A stretch of DNA of 63,937 nt, filler included, from Octopus bimaculoides (GCF_001194135.2; 7 parts of 6 records of this genome joined end to end with filler, not necessarily neighbours in it), one strand, 5' to 3'; counted from the first letter of the whole stretch, positions 26,236 through 40,514 are shown. A program made the numbers and translations. The notes: generated from the letters alone by a model not told the origin.

Positions 26236-27823
26236 GAAGTTAATTGCTTCTCAAAACGTTCTGTCTTTGAATTTCTCTGCGGTCGGTAAAAATGATAATT
26301 GCGTAACATAAAAATATATATTCACTCATCGTCAAATGCAACTTTCAGTTGGTTTCCCTTTGTCTTTTTCTTCTTCTCTTTTTTTTTTTTTTTCAAGTTA
26401 CAATTCCTATGATGAATATCCTATCCTATTCTTGCAGTAAAATATCCCTATTTGCATTCACACTAGAGATATGTTTCTTTTCATTATTCTTTTCTATATA
26501 TTATAATTTTTTTTTCTTTTCTTATGAAGTCATTACTTCGGAAATTACATTAGAAGTATGCAAAATATGAAAATTAATATTAGTTTTCAAATATTATCAT
26601 TTTCAGTTTTCATCATCAGATATTCGATATTACTTCAGCATATTTCAAATATTCCAAGCGTTAGCATTACTTCACACATTTAGCTTTCATCTATTATGCA
26701 GATGAAGTTTTGTTACCGCTTAATGCTTAAACAATCCTCTTTCTCTAGTTCATCATATATGAAATTCCAACTATTTACTTTGTGAAACAATCGATAAGTA
26801 TTTTCCAAGATTTTACGATATTACATTTTCACTGATGATCCATATCAAGGATAAAACGACCAAGATTAAGTCCCGTTTTTCGCAATAAAAAAAACTATTT
26901 ATTCCCATTAATATAATTTTACGCTTTCTCCCGCATATGTGAACATTAGTTTTTTCTCCCTATATATCTAAGTATAAAAAATATATTCAGCTATTGAACT
27001 ATATATATTTTTATTCATAATTGTGCTCGATAAATAAGCTTTGACAGGGTAAAATGTCAATTATAAAAGAAACAATAGCTATGGTATTAGTTTTTTTTTT
27101 CTAAGATCAGCTTGAATAGCACAATTATTTCGCAAAAGTTAGATTATCGATTATACAATTTTTAGAACTGTGAAGGGTAAACGAATTATTTTCATGATAA
27201 AATAAGTGTTTCCAACAGCAACATTTAGAATTGTGCGAGTCATGCCTGAAATGTATGTTAGTGTTCAAAATAATTGTATTTCCTAACGAAAGAAGTATGT
27301 CGCGTATTTGTATATATACAATATTCCGTATTAGCATATTTTCCAGTACTCCTGGTGTTTGTTCACTTTTATTAACTCTCTGTCTAAGTCACCGGACTGC
27401 GGCGATGCTGGAGTAAAGCCTCGAAGGTTTATCGAATAAATCGGCCCAATACCAAATTTTGTTTTGAGCTGTTTCTAATTCTACCCGCTTCTTTTGGAAA
27501 ACGGAAACAACATAACTCGAGTTGTTAAGCGGTGGAGTAAGGGAAAAAAACAGAAAGATAGAAAGACGAAATCGATCCCCGTGTTTAACCACTGACGCAA
27601 ACTTTCGTATGTACGTTTTGTAGTACTACGTATCTGAAACTTGGATATAAAATGTGGATATATATANNNNNNNNNNNNNNNNNNNNNNNNNNNNNNNNNN
27701 NNNNNNNNNNNNNNNNNNNNNNNNNNNNNNNNNNNNNNNNNNNNNNNNNNNNNNNNNNNNNNNNNNNNNNNNNNNNNNNNNNNNNNNNNNNNNNNNNNNN
27801 NNNNNNNNNNNNNNNNNNNNNNN

Positions 27824-27882
<59 letters not shown>

Positions 27883-27932
27883 CTGTATATATATATATAT
27901 ATATATAAATAGAGAGAGAGAGACAGAGAGAC

Positions 27933-27967
<35 letters not shown>

Positions 27968-28814
27968 AAGAGACAGAGACAGAGAGAGAGAGAGAGGTAT
28001 AGCGGGCTTCCACGGTGTTTCCATCTACTAATCTACTGAATCCACTTACAAAGCATTTGTCAGGCTCGGATCTTTTACTAGAATTTACCGTTCTGTGGTT
28101 CTGCATCCGAAACTAATTGATTTCATAAAGACCTTTCTAACCGCTGAGCTTCGCTTGTGTATCTACATTTTGAGGCACTATGCATCTACAACTTGAATAG
28201 CTGAATTCCAGCCTCAGGTCTGGGAAGGATTTTTTAATGGAATACCAGCAGATATCCATTGATGCGCCTCTGACATCTTTATACCAAAAACCTGATGTTT
28301 ACAGAGAAGTTAAATATTCATAGTTTCACTCCAGAGCCCGTCTGAAATAAGACTGCCAGACTGCAAACATCGGAATATAACACCTAAAATTCTATCAGAC
28401 CCCCGAACGAGCCTTTCTGTTCTTCGCCTTCATTCATTCGTCAATGGCACAGAAAAATGAAATTTATTCTTCCCGTCAAATACAGTGTTTCGTTAACGTT
28501 TTATTTTCCGATGTATTAAATAAATTAATACTGACTTTCCTATTCTTTGTTAAATGCTGTTGGTCCTCGGTTTCACGGGTGTAATTGATATTTTGTAAAT
28601 TCGAAATAGTTTCTGAAAACAACCGCGTTTTCAAACTTATCACTTGCATTCCTGAGGTTCATTCAAGGAACCTCGAAGAATATTCGCAATATCGAACAAC
28701 AATATTCATAAGGTGTTTTACTTTATTGGACAACTAACATTGCTCCGCTTACTCTGAGTGGTGATGCTAGATGTTTTTGCTTTTTCACAGGAGATAAATA
28801 TATTGTATATACAA

Positions 28815-29292
28815 GGCGCAGGCGTGGCTATGTGGTAAGTAGCTTGCTTACCAGCCACATAGTTCCGGATTTAGTCACACTGCGTGGCACCTTCGTCAAG
28901 TGTCTTCTACTATAGCCTCGGGCCGACCAAAGCCTTGTGAGTGGATTTGGTGGACGGAAACTGAAAGAAGCCCGTCGTATATATATATGTGTGTGTCTGT
29001 GTGTCTGTGTGTGTGTTTGTGTGTGTGTTTGCGTGTGTGTGTGTGTGTGTGTATGTGTGGGTGTGGGTGTGGGTGTGGGTGTGGGTGTGCGCGTGTGTGT
29101 GTCTGTGTTTGTCCTTCCCACCATCGCCTGACAACTGATGTTGATGTGTTAATGCCCCCGTAATCTTGCGGTTCGGCAAAATATACCGATAGAATAAGTA
29201 CTAGGCTTACAAAGACCGGGGGTCGATTTTTTCGACTAAAAGCGGTGCTCCAGCATGGCCGCAGTCAAATGACTGAAACAAATGAAAGAAAA
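28815..29292 (+). mobile_element. Full-length tRNA-derived SINE family B with internal (TA/TG)n microsatellite
   Basis: The head ggcgcaggcgtggctatgtggtaagtagcttgc..., the body gggccgaccaaagccttgtgagtggatttgg..., a GT tract, and the tail ccagcatggccgcagtcaaatgactgaaac. Confidence 0.92.
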
Positions 29293-29304
29293 CAATTCGT
29301 ATAA

Positions 29305-29480
29305 ATGCAGGTAGAGTCGGGTGGTTTGAACGCTTGCTTTGCAGCCCTCATGATTTTCGGTTCAGTCCTAATGTGCGGCACAATGGGCAAGTGTCTTTCA
29401 CAATAACCCCGTGGTGACTAATGCTTTGTAAGTGAATTTGATGAACAGAAACTGTGTGGAAGAATATCGTATATGCGCGC
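29305..29480 (+). mobile_element. Diverged SINE family B 5' half directly behind the previous copy
   Basis: ggttcagtcc...gggcaagtgtctt...gctttgtaagtgaatttg..gaaactg matches the family B body. Confidence 0.75.
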
Positions 29481-29614
29481 ACGCACGTGCTTCTTTGATT
29501 TGGAGACTTCATTAGTGTAATCATGGAATGGGCAATCCATCCATTCTCTGGGTAAAACTAAGGCCTATGAAGTGATGGTTCGTCGAATTCATCTGTTCAT
29601 TTGTTATATTATAT

Positions 29615-29801
29615 TCACTCTTCCACATCAACAGCAACAACTACGAAGCTGACAACAATGATGATTATGATGATGATGATCAAAAAGATACTGCTGCTGC
29701 TGATGATGATGATGATGATTATGAGAGAGAAAAATTTGACGATGTTGTTGCTGATGACGACGTTGATGGTGATTATATGAATGATGACGATCATGATGAT
29801 G

Positions 29802-29894
<93 letters not shown>

Positions 29895-29987
29895 ATGATA
29901 AGGATGATGATCAAGAAGATGCTACTACTATTGCTGATTGATGATGATGATGACGACGACGAGGACGACAACGACGATGATGATGAA

Positions 29988-30030
<43 letters not shown>

Positions 30031-30080
30031 CTGACGATGATGATGATGGTAATGGTGACAATGATGACGATGGTGCTAAT
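29615..30080. repeat. Long compound (GAT)n/(GAC)n microsatellite
   Basis: Seen directly. Confidence 0.97.
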
Positions 30081-30129
30081 GGGAATAGTGCTGACACACG
30101 ACCAGCAATTTTTTTTTTAGTTGAGAAGC

Positions 30130-30650
30130 GGAGTCGATTACGCAGACGCCGAGTACGTGACAGGAACTTATTTTATGTACCCAAAAAAGTGATTGACCTC
30201 AGAACTATTTGAAATCAGAACGTATAGAGCCAGAAGAAATGCGTCCAAAACTACTTCCGACGCGCTAGCGATTCATGCAATAAAATTTTTCAATCTGAAT
30301 GACGATTACTATAATTAAGTTAACAGTCAATCGAAAAATGGATGCAGCGGTACTCGAATTCTTCCACATCATATAACAATCGACATGAACCCAAAAGCAG
30401 AATAATTCATGTTCTCAATATATTATATTTCTTAAGGCGGCGTGCTGACAGAAGCGTTAGTACGCCGGACAAAATGTTTAGCGGTATCTCTTCTGTCTTT
30501 ACGCTTTTGAGTTCAAACCCGCCGTGGTTGACTTGGCCTTTCATGCTTCCGGCATCGATAAAATAAGTACCAGTTGGGCCCTGATGTCGATGTAATCGTT
30601 TCAATCCTTCCCTGAAATTGGTGACCTTATGTCAAAATTTAAAACCAGTT
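30130..30650. mobile_element. Two SINE family A copies in opposite orientation (about 30130-30275 minus, 30434-30650 plus)
   Basis: The plus copy starts taaggcggcgtgctgacagaagcgttag and contains ttgacttggcctttcatgc...aaataagtaccagt. Confidence 0.82.
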
Positions 30651-32099
30651 TATTGTATACATTGTCTTTCAAAATGATTACTCACTCGCGTCCGCATTCC
30701 CGAATATTGATACTACGTTTGCGGTCATGACGATAATTCTTGTAGAACTCTAAGTTGCCTGGAATTTGGGCTTTAATTGAAGAGCATTTTTAAGTGCTCC
30801 ATTTGAATATTTTCTCGTTCGGAATCAACTTTATTATCCAAATGAATTTTAATTATTCACAAGTTTTCAGACTGTGAATGAACGTTAGCGAAAAAGAAGA
30901 AAAATCAGTTTTTGTATCACACTACCTAGGCATTACATATATCAATGTAGTTTATTTGTAGGTTAGGTCTCTCGAAAGAGTGGGAGATGATCAGTGTTTG
31001 AACTATCCAAATAACATTTACACAGTTGTAATTCTGTTTCAAATGAGAGTATATATTACTGCCTCTTACATGAATTAATTGCCTCCCTGAGTTATTAAAA
31101 TGTAATGTTAAATCCACAAGATATCTTAGGTTTGAAATCCCTCTCTGATCGCAACCTAGTGCGGTTATCCTAAAAAATTTAGCTTCTCCATTCTGCAATG
31201 CTCATAATCTTTCTGGCATATTACCTCAACTAAGCTCCTAAACAATGTAGAAATAAAGCAATTCTCTTTTCTCTTATCCTGATTTCTAAAACATCGCTCT
31301 AATGTACGTTGGTTAAATCTCCAAGACTATTTGATTTTTACCAGTGCGTATATCAAGTTCTTTAAATTTGATATTTTAGTACACAATGTGGCTTCGTGAC
31401 TTATATAAATTATTATGTGGCGATGTAATTCATTCAGACGCATTCCATGTCTTTGAGTCATGATGAATTTATTTTGTCAGATCATTGCCTATACTCTATC
31501 ATTTGTCGGAGATACGTTCAGTGTTTGTTATCCTAATATCTTAGGCAATACACAACTAAAGGAATGTAAGATGCGTGTTATTAAAATTAGAGTCGTTCTA
31601 TTCCATCAATGATAACATACGTTTGTGTATTTATTAACTTCGAAGAGCTATATTTACATATGTATTCGCAATGAGTTACTAGAATTGAAAAACATCTCGT
31701 ATCGAGATTGTGAGAATTCAAAGTTTCTTCTGCGTAGAAGAGAAATAACAGTTTAGTAAATTATATGGTAATTGTTTACTATTGTTTCACGCTGAAACTA
31801 TTGTTTCACGCTGAAAGTGCGAAACTTACCATGGAATTGAGTGAAAGAGCTTGTAGCACATGATGTGATTCTGTCAAATAGTTTAATAATCTTTCTATTG
31901 TGAAGCTTGTAGAACCTTCGGTAAAATTGTTTGGCGCGTACTTTCCAAAATGCATATACCATTTTATTAGCCACATACCAACCGACACTGATTGCGGTCA
32001 AACACTGTATTCATGCCTTCTTTTTATGGTGATATGATAAGTTTCTAGTAGTTGGTATTGCCTTTGTGAAAATATGGGTATGCCGAGGTTTTTAACTGG

Positions 32100-32650
32100 T
32101 GTTCTGAGTGGAATGGCTGAATATTATGTAGAAACTTCGCTACACTAGCTACAAGACCCGGTATGTACATCTAGTACACTGTAGGAATTCGATTTTTGAC
32201 TGTTCCTCAAATTTTTCTTTTGATAGATACAACAACTGAGATGCTTAATTGCTTTAGCTGGTTTTACTTTCATAGAAATATAGTTAGGCTGAGGCCCTTA
32301 ACTGAAGATCTGAACGAGATGGTTCAAAACTATGCAGGAGCTTCGATACACTAGTTTTAACAAGACCAGATGCGTACATCTAATCATTGTAGTAATTCAG
32401 TTCTTGACTGCTTCTGTAGATGTTCTTTTCAGAAATAAACTGATATTCTGAATTGCTTGCAGTTGGTCATTCCTTTTATGGGGACATATTTCATATGAAG
32501 TAATTAGACTGTGGATCTAGGCGAGATGGTTCAAAACCATGCAGGAGCTTTGCTACACTAGCTTTAACAAGACCAGATGCGTACATCTATTCACTGCTGC
32601 AATTCAGTTCTTGACTGCTCCTATAGTTGTTCTTTTGAGAGATACCAGCT
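32100..32650. repeat. Diverged ~207-bp tandem repeat, about 2.7 units
   Basis: cgagatggttcaaaac.atgcaggagctt..tacactag.tttaacaagaccagatgcgtacatcta recurs at 32316 and 32523. A more diverged unit lies at about 32125. Confidence 0.88.
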
Positions 32651-33270
32651 GAATAAACTCCTCAACAATGTCAATAGCTGCAATTACTGCACTCACAAAC
32701 ACTACAAATTGAGCTTTATCTTTTGTATCACTCCTCTCATCAAGAGCTATTTAGAAGAATTGGAAATTTTTTGCAGTAGTCTTTTAAGCGAATTATCAAA
32801 TCCTTTGACATTTCTTCTATTCACCGTGTAACTGTTCTTAGAGAGAGACTGACATTTCTAAAATATATTGTTTTGTTTTATTTTTTAACGACCATCAATA
32901 ATATGTTGTTAATAAAAAAAATCTCCGTCAGTAAAAGACTTCATAGTAACTGTTTTCAACGTCGACGTTGCGTCAGGTACATATTTGTTGTCTTTTATTG
33001 TTTTTATTTTTGTTATAATACGAAAGTTTATTCATCTAAGTCCAATTTAAAAAAAAAAACTTCATCCTCCTTTGTTTTCCCAGTAAAGTAACAGAATTTT
33101 GGAGAATTTTCTCATAGTGCTTCTTGTTTTTGAAATCCTTATATACGGCAACATTTCTATGGAATATTATGCCTTGTGGAGAAAGAAAATAGTTTTCTGT
33201 ATAAGTGATTTTGAAATATTGGCATTCAGTAGCAACTTTCCAGTGATTTTTTGACAGGGGTGTTTCCAGA
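32610..33270 (-). mobile_element. hAT (Buster/SPIN/GTF2IRD2-like) transposase N-terminal fossil
   Basis: Frameshifted: KVATECQYFK..NVAVYKDFKNKKHYE, SFTDGDF, NVSLSLRTVTR*IEEMSKD, IALDERSDTKDKAQFVVFV..EEFIQLVSLKRTT (first catalytic D motif). Confidence 0.85.
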
Positions 33271-33452
33271 AAAAATCGAATTTATGAACAGTTTTATATT
33301 TATGATAACCAATATAACAGCTGGGAAAGTTGGTTAGATCGGTTTGATGCTTNNNNNNNNNNNNNNNNNNNNNNNNNNNNNNNNNNNNNNNNNNNNTTAA
33401 TTAATTAANNNNNNNNNNNNNNNNNNNNNNNNNNNNNNNNNNNNNNNNNNNN

Positions 33453-33493
<41 letters not shown>

Positions 33494-33918
33494 CAGTGTG
33501 TCTATATGTACACATAGGCAAATATGTATAACCATATACATATTTACGTATATTATATATGTACATTATAATATACGTAAGTGCATAGATATTCGTGTCA
33601 CTAAAAATTTATTTCGTTAATGGTTGAAAAAGAGACCTATAAAACAAACTAACACATACACACATCTGCAAGCGTCTGTATATACTCAGACTCACACACA
33701 CATATATCATAGATCGAAGAAACGCACTAACACACTCATACTTCTATGTCCGCATCTACACACCCATCTACACCTACACATTTATGTATATATATATATA
33801 AATATGCATTATATATTGTATGTATCATATATATGTATATATTAGTACATCAACATATATACATGTATATATACATATATACCTATACGTAATTCTAATG
33901 TTATATATATACATAATG

Positions 33919-33964
<46 letters not shown>

Positions 33965-34796
33965 NNNNNNNNNNNNNNNNNNNNNNNNNNNNNNNNNNNN
34001 NNNNNNNNNNNNNNNNNNNNNNNNNNNNNNNNNNNNNNNNNNNNNNNNNNNNNNNNNNNNNNNNNNNNNNNNNNNNNNNNNNNNNNNNNNNNNNNNNNNN
34101 NNNNNNNNNNNNNNNNNNNNNNNNNNNNNNNNNNNNNNNNNNNNNNNNNNNNNNNNNNNNNNNNNNNNNNNNNNNNNNNNNNNNNNNNNNNNNNNNNNNN
34201 NNNNNNNNNNNNNNNNNNNNNNNNNNNNNNNNNNNNNNNNNNNNNNNNNNNNNNNNNNNNNNNNNNNNNNNNNNNNNNNNNNNNNNNNNNNNNNNNNNNN
34301 NNNNNNNNNNNNNNNNNNNNNNNNNNNNNNNNNNNNNNNNNNNNNNNNNNNNNNNNNNNNNNNNNNNNNNNNNNNNNNNNNNNNNNNNNNNNNNNNNNNN
34401 NNNNNNNNNNNNNNNNNNNNNNNNNNNNNNNNNNNNNNNNNNNNNNNNNNNNNNNNNNNNNNNNNNNNNNNNNNNNNNNNNNNNNNNNNNNNNNNNNNNN
34501 NNNNNNNNNNNNNNNNNNNNNNNNNNNNNNNNNNNNNNNNNNNNNNNNNNNNNNNNNNNNNNNNNNNNNNNNNNNNNNNNNNNNNNNNNNNNNNNNNNNN
34601 NNNNNNNNNNNNNNNNNNNNNNNNNNNNNNNNNNNNNNNNNNNNNNNNNNNNNNNNNNNNNNNNNNNNNNNNNNNNNNNNNNNNNNNNNNNNNNNNNNNN
34701 NNNNNNNNNNNNNNNNNNNNNNNNNNNNNNNNNNNNNNATATATATATATGTGTGTGTGTGTATATTTGTATTTCTCTTTTTTTCTCTGTCTCTCT

Positions 34797-34833
<37 letters not shown>

Positions 34834-35557
34834 CATATTTATATATAATTTGATAGATAGGTTGGTAGATTCATTTATATAACATATACCTATTATACGA
34901 ACTTTATATGTATGTATATGTATTATATAATTTCACACATACAGAAAAACACACACACACACACTCACACACACATTTGTGTGTGTGTGTTTGTTTGGTC
35001 GTGTGTGTGTGTGTGTGTGTGTTATACACAGAATGAGAGAGAGCGAAAGAGACGATACCCGAGAAATATACATCCTTATGTTATAGACAAACATGTATAT
35101 GTATGATGTTTCTGTATGTCTATATATGTTATATGTCTGCAAAATATGAATGTGGTGCGGTGAGATGGAGTATGAATGTATGTGTGTGAGTATGTATGTG
35201 TCCTTGTGCGTGCGTGTCTGTGTCTGTGTGTGTTTGTGTATATGCTAGCATGGGTGTATATTTACATCATATTTCCATCTATATATAACATGTTTCTCCG
35301 AAAATGAATTGCGTATACTAACCTTTTATGTGTATGTACGTTTGTATGCATGTATGCACGCATGCATGTATGTATGATCCTTGTTCTTTTTATTTATTTG
35401 TACATGGAATTAATTGTGCATGTTTGCGTATAAGTATGGACATATATGGACGAATGGACGGGTTTTGTCGTTGTGTGTCCGCGTACATTTTATATTCATA
35501 TCCACATACACGCATACATACACGTATATATGTATATATATATGTATGTGTATATAA

Positions 35558-35592
<35 letters not shown>

Positions 35593-38500
35593 NNNNNNNN
35601 NNNNNNNNNNNNNNNNNNNNNNNNNNNNNNNNNNNNNNNNNNNNNNNNNNNNNNNNNNNNNNNNNNNNNNNNNNNNNNNNNNNNNNNNNNNNNNNNNNNN
35701 NNNNNNNNNNNNNNNNNNNNNNNNNNNNNNNNNNNNNNNNNNNNNNNNNNNNNNNNNNNNNNNNNNNNNNNNNNNNNNNNNNNNNNNNNNNNNNNNNNNN
35801 NNNNNNNNNNNNNNNNNNNNNNNNNNNNNNNNNNNNNNNNNNNNNNNNNNNNNNNNNNNNNNNNNNNNNNNNNNNNNNNNNNNNNNNNNNNNNNNNNNNN
35901 NNNNNNNNNNNNNNNNNNNNNNNNNNNNNNNNNNNNNNNNNNNNNNNNNNNNNNNNNNNNNNNNNNNNNNNNNNNNNNNNNNNNNNNNNNNNNNNNNNNN
36001 NNNNNNNNNNNNNNNNNNNNNNNNNNNNNNNNNNNNNNNNNNNNNNNNNNNNNNNNNNNNNNNNNNNNNTTGAAGTTTGTGGTCGTTAGTTGTTTATGTG
36101 TGAATACGTACTTTCCTTGGTATCTGAGAAATATCCATCTCCACCATACATAACACAACAGCACTGAATCTAAGAGTGCACTACGTAAATTTATTGTTTG
36201 TCCAAGACAATTGTACAAAGAAGGAAGAAGCGCCAATTATAAAGCGTATGTGCAAAACTTCCTGAAATGGCGCTGTTTCTGCTGTGCCAATGTTTCACAA
36301 TACCTCATCAAGCAACTCACTGTCGTTCGAAAGTATGAGGATCATCAGAGTTGACGGAATTTATCGCTACCAACGAATGTCTTTCAACATGACAGTTTGC
36401 AACAGCCGTAGGGATCTGCAAAATACACACAATCGAGAAACACCGCAACATGAAACAGCGTTTTATGGGAACTATTATATGTATGCCTGCATGTAGCTCC
36501 AGGACCTGGCACCAGACTCGAAACTCTGGGTAGACCTTGACTATTGGATAAACTATAAAAATCTGCAAAGGCTTCATATTCATAAGGTTAATGGTTACGC
36601 AATCTATGATAAAGACAACGAGATCCTTTTCTTGACAACCTTTTCACGGAGCAGGTGAGCGTGAGAGTAAACTTAAAACGTTCAACAAGTATATACATGA
36701 TAAAAAGCTCACCCGTCAGTTTTGGAAATGATCTACAGGCGGCTAGAAAAGCACATATATATCTATTGATCTATTTATTCATTCTTAATAATGTTATGTC
36801 GAGAAGTTGCAGAAGGCCATAAGCTGCCTCGCACCACTTATATCATAGTCATCTCCCCCGCACCCTTTACTTTACTTACTTTTCTTTTTCTTTTTTATTT
36901 ACATATCCATTGAAACGGTTTTAACTTTTGCCCTTGGTTCGAATATAATTGACCAATTGTAGAGATGGATTGACTTCGGTCTACTCCATTGCGGACAATA
37001 GGTGGAGTTCTCTGTCATATTCCAGTAAGTATACTATCATAGGAACCCTACAGTATTGTTTTGGGTAAATATTAGCTAGAGATTTTTACGATAACATAAG
37101 TACTGCTCTTTTTCTAGACATGTCAGTAATTTTCTTGTATTATTTTTTTGCTAACTTCTTTTCATAACTTTCAAAGCATCTTGGTTCCCCCTTTATATGG
37201 ATATACCCCGAAAAATGTTTTTTCCTAGACCATTGCTGGATCACTCTTTTGCCTACCGACTTCGAAGCCCTACGATGGAAGATGGTAGGATTTTAATGTC
37301 TTAGATCTCCTGGCTTCTTCTCTAGGCCATGTTTTCTTTCCTATTCCTTTGTTTATTTTTTGGACTCTTTCGTATACACTCTGATGAAGCTCCATGTTCG
37401 TGTTCGAATATACTATAAAGATGAGGAATATTATGTTTGCAATTCTTCCGTAGGCACTGACTGACATGGGAAGCGGAAACGGCCGTAAGAATTGTTATTT
37501 CATATAAATGTTATTCTATATCATGTTTTGTATTAAATAATAATAAGCTGCAAATGTGATCCAATTGATTTGTTGATCTAAGGTTTTCTCCATTTTCTAA
37601 TTATTTAAATTTGATTCCTGATAAGCTTTTCTTTCTTCTGTTGTTACCCGTATTCTACGAGCATAATGTGCTTGCATACCCATGCCCAAAGATTACACTT
37701 GTAACTGATACCGTACGGATATTTTTATCCCTTACTCTGTTACTACAACTGCTGACTCTGCTTACCTTCATATATATATATATATATATATAGTTTGATT
37801 GTGGCCAGCAGGCCAAAACTACGAAGCCACTGTCATCCATCTTTTAAAACTTTAATAAACATATATATATTTACAGAAGTATATATACATACATATATAC
37901 ACACATAGAGTTATATATGTGTATGTATGTCATTGTTCAGTTTTATTTCAAGAATTCTTGCCAATAGAGAAAGAACCGGTTTCTAACCTAGATCCAAAGC
38001 TCTTTCATTGGAATTTCAACATCAATAACAGGGTATTTTGTATGTATGTATGTATGTATGTATGTATGTATGTATGTATGTGTGTGTGTGTATGTATGTA
38101 TGTATGTATGTATGTATGTATGTATGTATGCGTGTATATGAGCAGATTTGTATGTTCTGCTTTATGTATGTATTCTCATGCATATAATTGCATCTAGACA
38201 TGCTCATATATATATATATGTAAATGATAAACTTATGTATGTATGTATGTATGTATCTATCTATCTATAGCTTTATCTCCCCTACATCCGTAAACACGTT
38301 AAACATCTTTCAACTTAAAGCCTCCCCTCTAACCATTTCTTTCCATCCTCTCCACCTAAGCCATAGCTTTCTTTCTTTAACCTCTTCCTCCTCAGTCTCC
38401 TTTCCATTGTCTTAGCCCTTTCCATCTAATTTTACAACGATAATCAACAATCCGTCCCTATACTTCTATACATTAATCCATATCGTACGTTGCGTTTTCA

Positions 38501-38796
38501 TCTTCCTTATAAGACTTACACTCTTTCTGCCACAATTCCTCTCCCCTATCCCATCCGTACGTCATTCTCTCCGTACAAACTGACCCTATTTAAGCAGTTT
38601 ACTTATTATTGACATAACTTTATCTCCCTAACACGCAACTACCTGCACTTCCACACATGCACTTTTAAATATACATGTATGCATATTTATATATATATAT
38701 ACAATTATATATATGCATATACATATATATTTTTAGATATATAAAAACATACACACCTGCACACGCACATTCAAAATATCTGTGGGCGTACTTATT

Positions 38797-38831
<35 letters not shown>

Positions 38832-38861
38832 TTATATATATACATATATGTGTGTGTGTCG

Positions 38862-38894
<33 letters not shown>

Positions 38895-39524
38895 CACACA
38901 CATATATATGTATATATATATATATACGTGTATATATTTCAACTCTAGCTTTGTTCTTATTCTCTTATATCTCTTTTCTTTTTTAATCCTCTTCCTTTTC
39001 CTCAATTATTTCTTCTCCTTGCTCTACCTTCTTCTTTTTCTTCTCCTCTATTATCTTTTATTCATAATTTATATTTCATTTTTAATTTTATTTCATTTTT
39101 TTTCTCATTTTAAAAAGAATTTTTTTTTTTTTTTACATTGCATTTTTCACTTTCTCTACAAGTTATATACGGCTTAAACGATTTGTTTTTAGACATAATT
39201 GTCGTTTTGAAAACTATGCACATAGACGTGTTTGTGTAGAATATATGCATATCTAAGCATAAACCCATGCACATGCATACATACATGCATACATACATGC
39301 ATGCACGTGATCGTAGTTGTATGATCATGCATCAGTACTGATAGGCTGAGCATGGACATATATACGTGTATGCATGCGCTTGTGTATGTACATATATATA
39401 TATATACATACATACACACACACTCACATACACGATATCTACATACGTGCACACATACATACACACACACACATGCATATATGTATATATACACATGATA
39501 TATGCATGCAGATGTATATGTTCG

Positions 39525-39584
<60 letters not shown>

Positions 39585-40514
39585 NNNNNNNNNNNNNNNN
39601 NNNNNNNNNNNNNNNNNNNNNNNNNNNNNNNNNNNNNNNNNNNNNNNNNNNNNNNNNNNNNNNNNNNNNNNNNNNNNNNNNNNNNNNNNNNNNNNNNNNN
39701 NNNNNNNNNNNNNNNNNNNNNNNNNNNNNNNNNNNNNNNNNNNNNNNNNNNNNNNNNNNNNNNNNNNNNNNNNNNNNNNNNNNNNNNNNNNNNNNNNNNN
39801 NNNNNNNNNNNNNNNNNNNNNNNNNNNNNNNNNNNNNNNNNNNNNNNNNNNNNNNNNNNNNNNNNNNNNNNNNNNNNNNNNNNNNNNNNNNNNNNNNNNN
39901 NNNNNNNNNNNNNNNNNNNNNNNNNNNNNNNNNNNNNNNNNNNNNNNNNNNNNNNNNNNNNNNNNNNNNNNNNNNNNNNNNNNNNNNNNNNNNNNNNNNN
40001 NNNNNNNNNNNNNNNNNNNNNNNNNNNNNNNNNNNNNNNNNNNNNNNNNNNNNNNNNNNNNNNNNNNNNNNNNNNNNNNNNNNNNNNNNNNNNNNNNNNN
40101 NNNNNNNNNNNNNNNNNNNNNNNNNNNNNNNNNNNNNNNNNNNNNNNNNNNNNNNNNNNNNNNNNNNNNNNNNNNNNNNNNNNNNNNNNNNNNNNNNNNN
40201 NNNNNNNNNNNNNNNNNNNNNNNNNNNNNNNNNGCATATATAGATAGATATATATATATATATATATATACAGGTGCGCGCGCATAAGTACGGCTATAGA
40301 CTACATGAAACGTGTACGGATCCGTGTGTACCTGTCTATGTTAATGCATGTTTACTTATGTCAAATAAACGGAACTGTGGGCGTTTTATGCATAAACGTA
40401 AAGAGAAACGGCCTCTTTAGATTAGTTCGTATCTTTGTGTATAAGTGTGTGCGTGCGAGTGTGTTTGTGCTTATGTGTGTTTGTGCTTATGTGTGTGTGG
40501 TGGTGGTGTAAAAA

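Noticed and set aside
26833-26862. CTGATGA-TCC..GGA-TAAA hammerhead-like string
   Set aside because: No stem III or NUH site fits, and stem I is missing.
31770-31816. 19-bp tandem duplication and overlapping 60-67 aa minus ORFs
   Set aside because: This is a simple slippage duplication, and the ORFs have no recognisable motif or splice support.
32100-32650. Regularly spaced repeats suggesting a CRISPR array
   Set aside because: The units are ~207-bp diverged tandem copies with no short identical repeats or unique spacers. There are no cas genes and the context is eukaryotic.
37381-37415. CTGATGA..GAAT hammerhead-like string
   Set aside because: There is no pairable stem II or stem I in register, and GAAA is absent.
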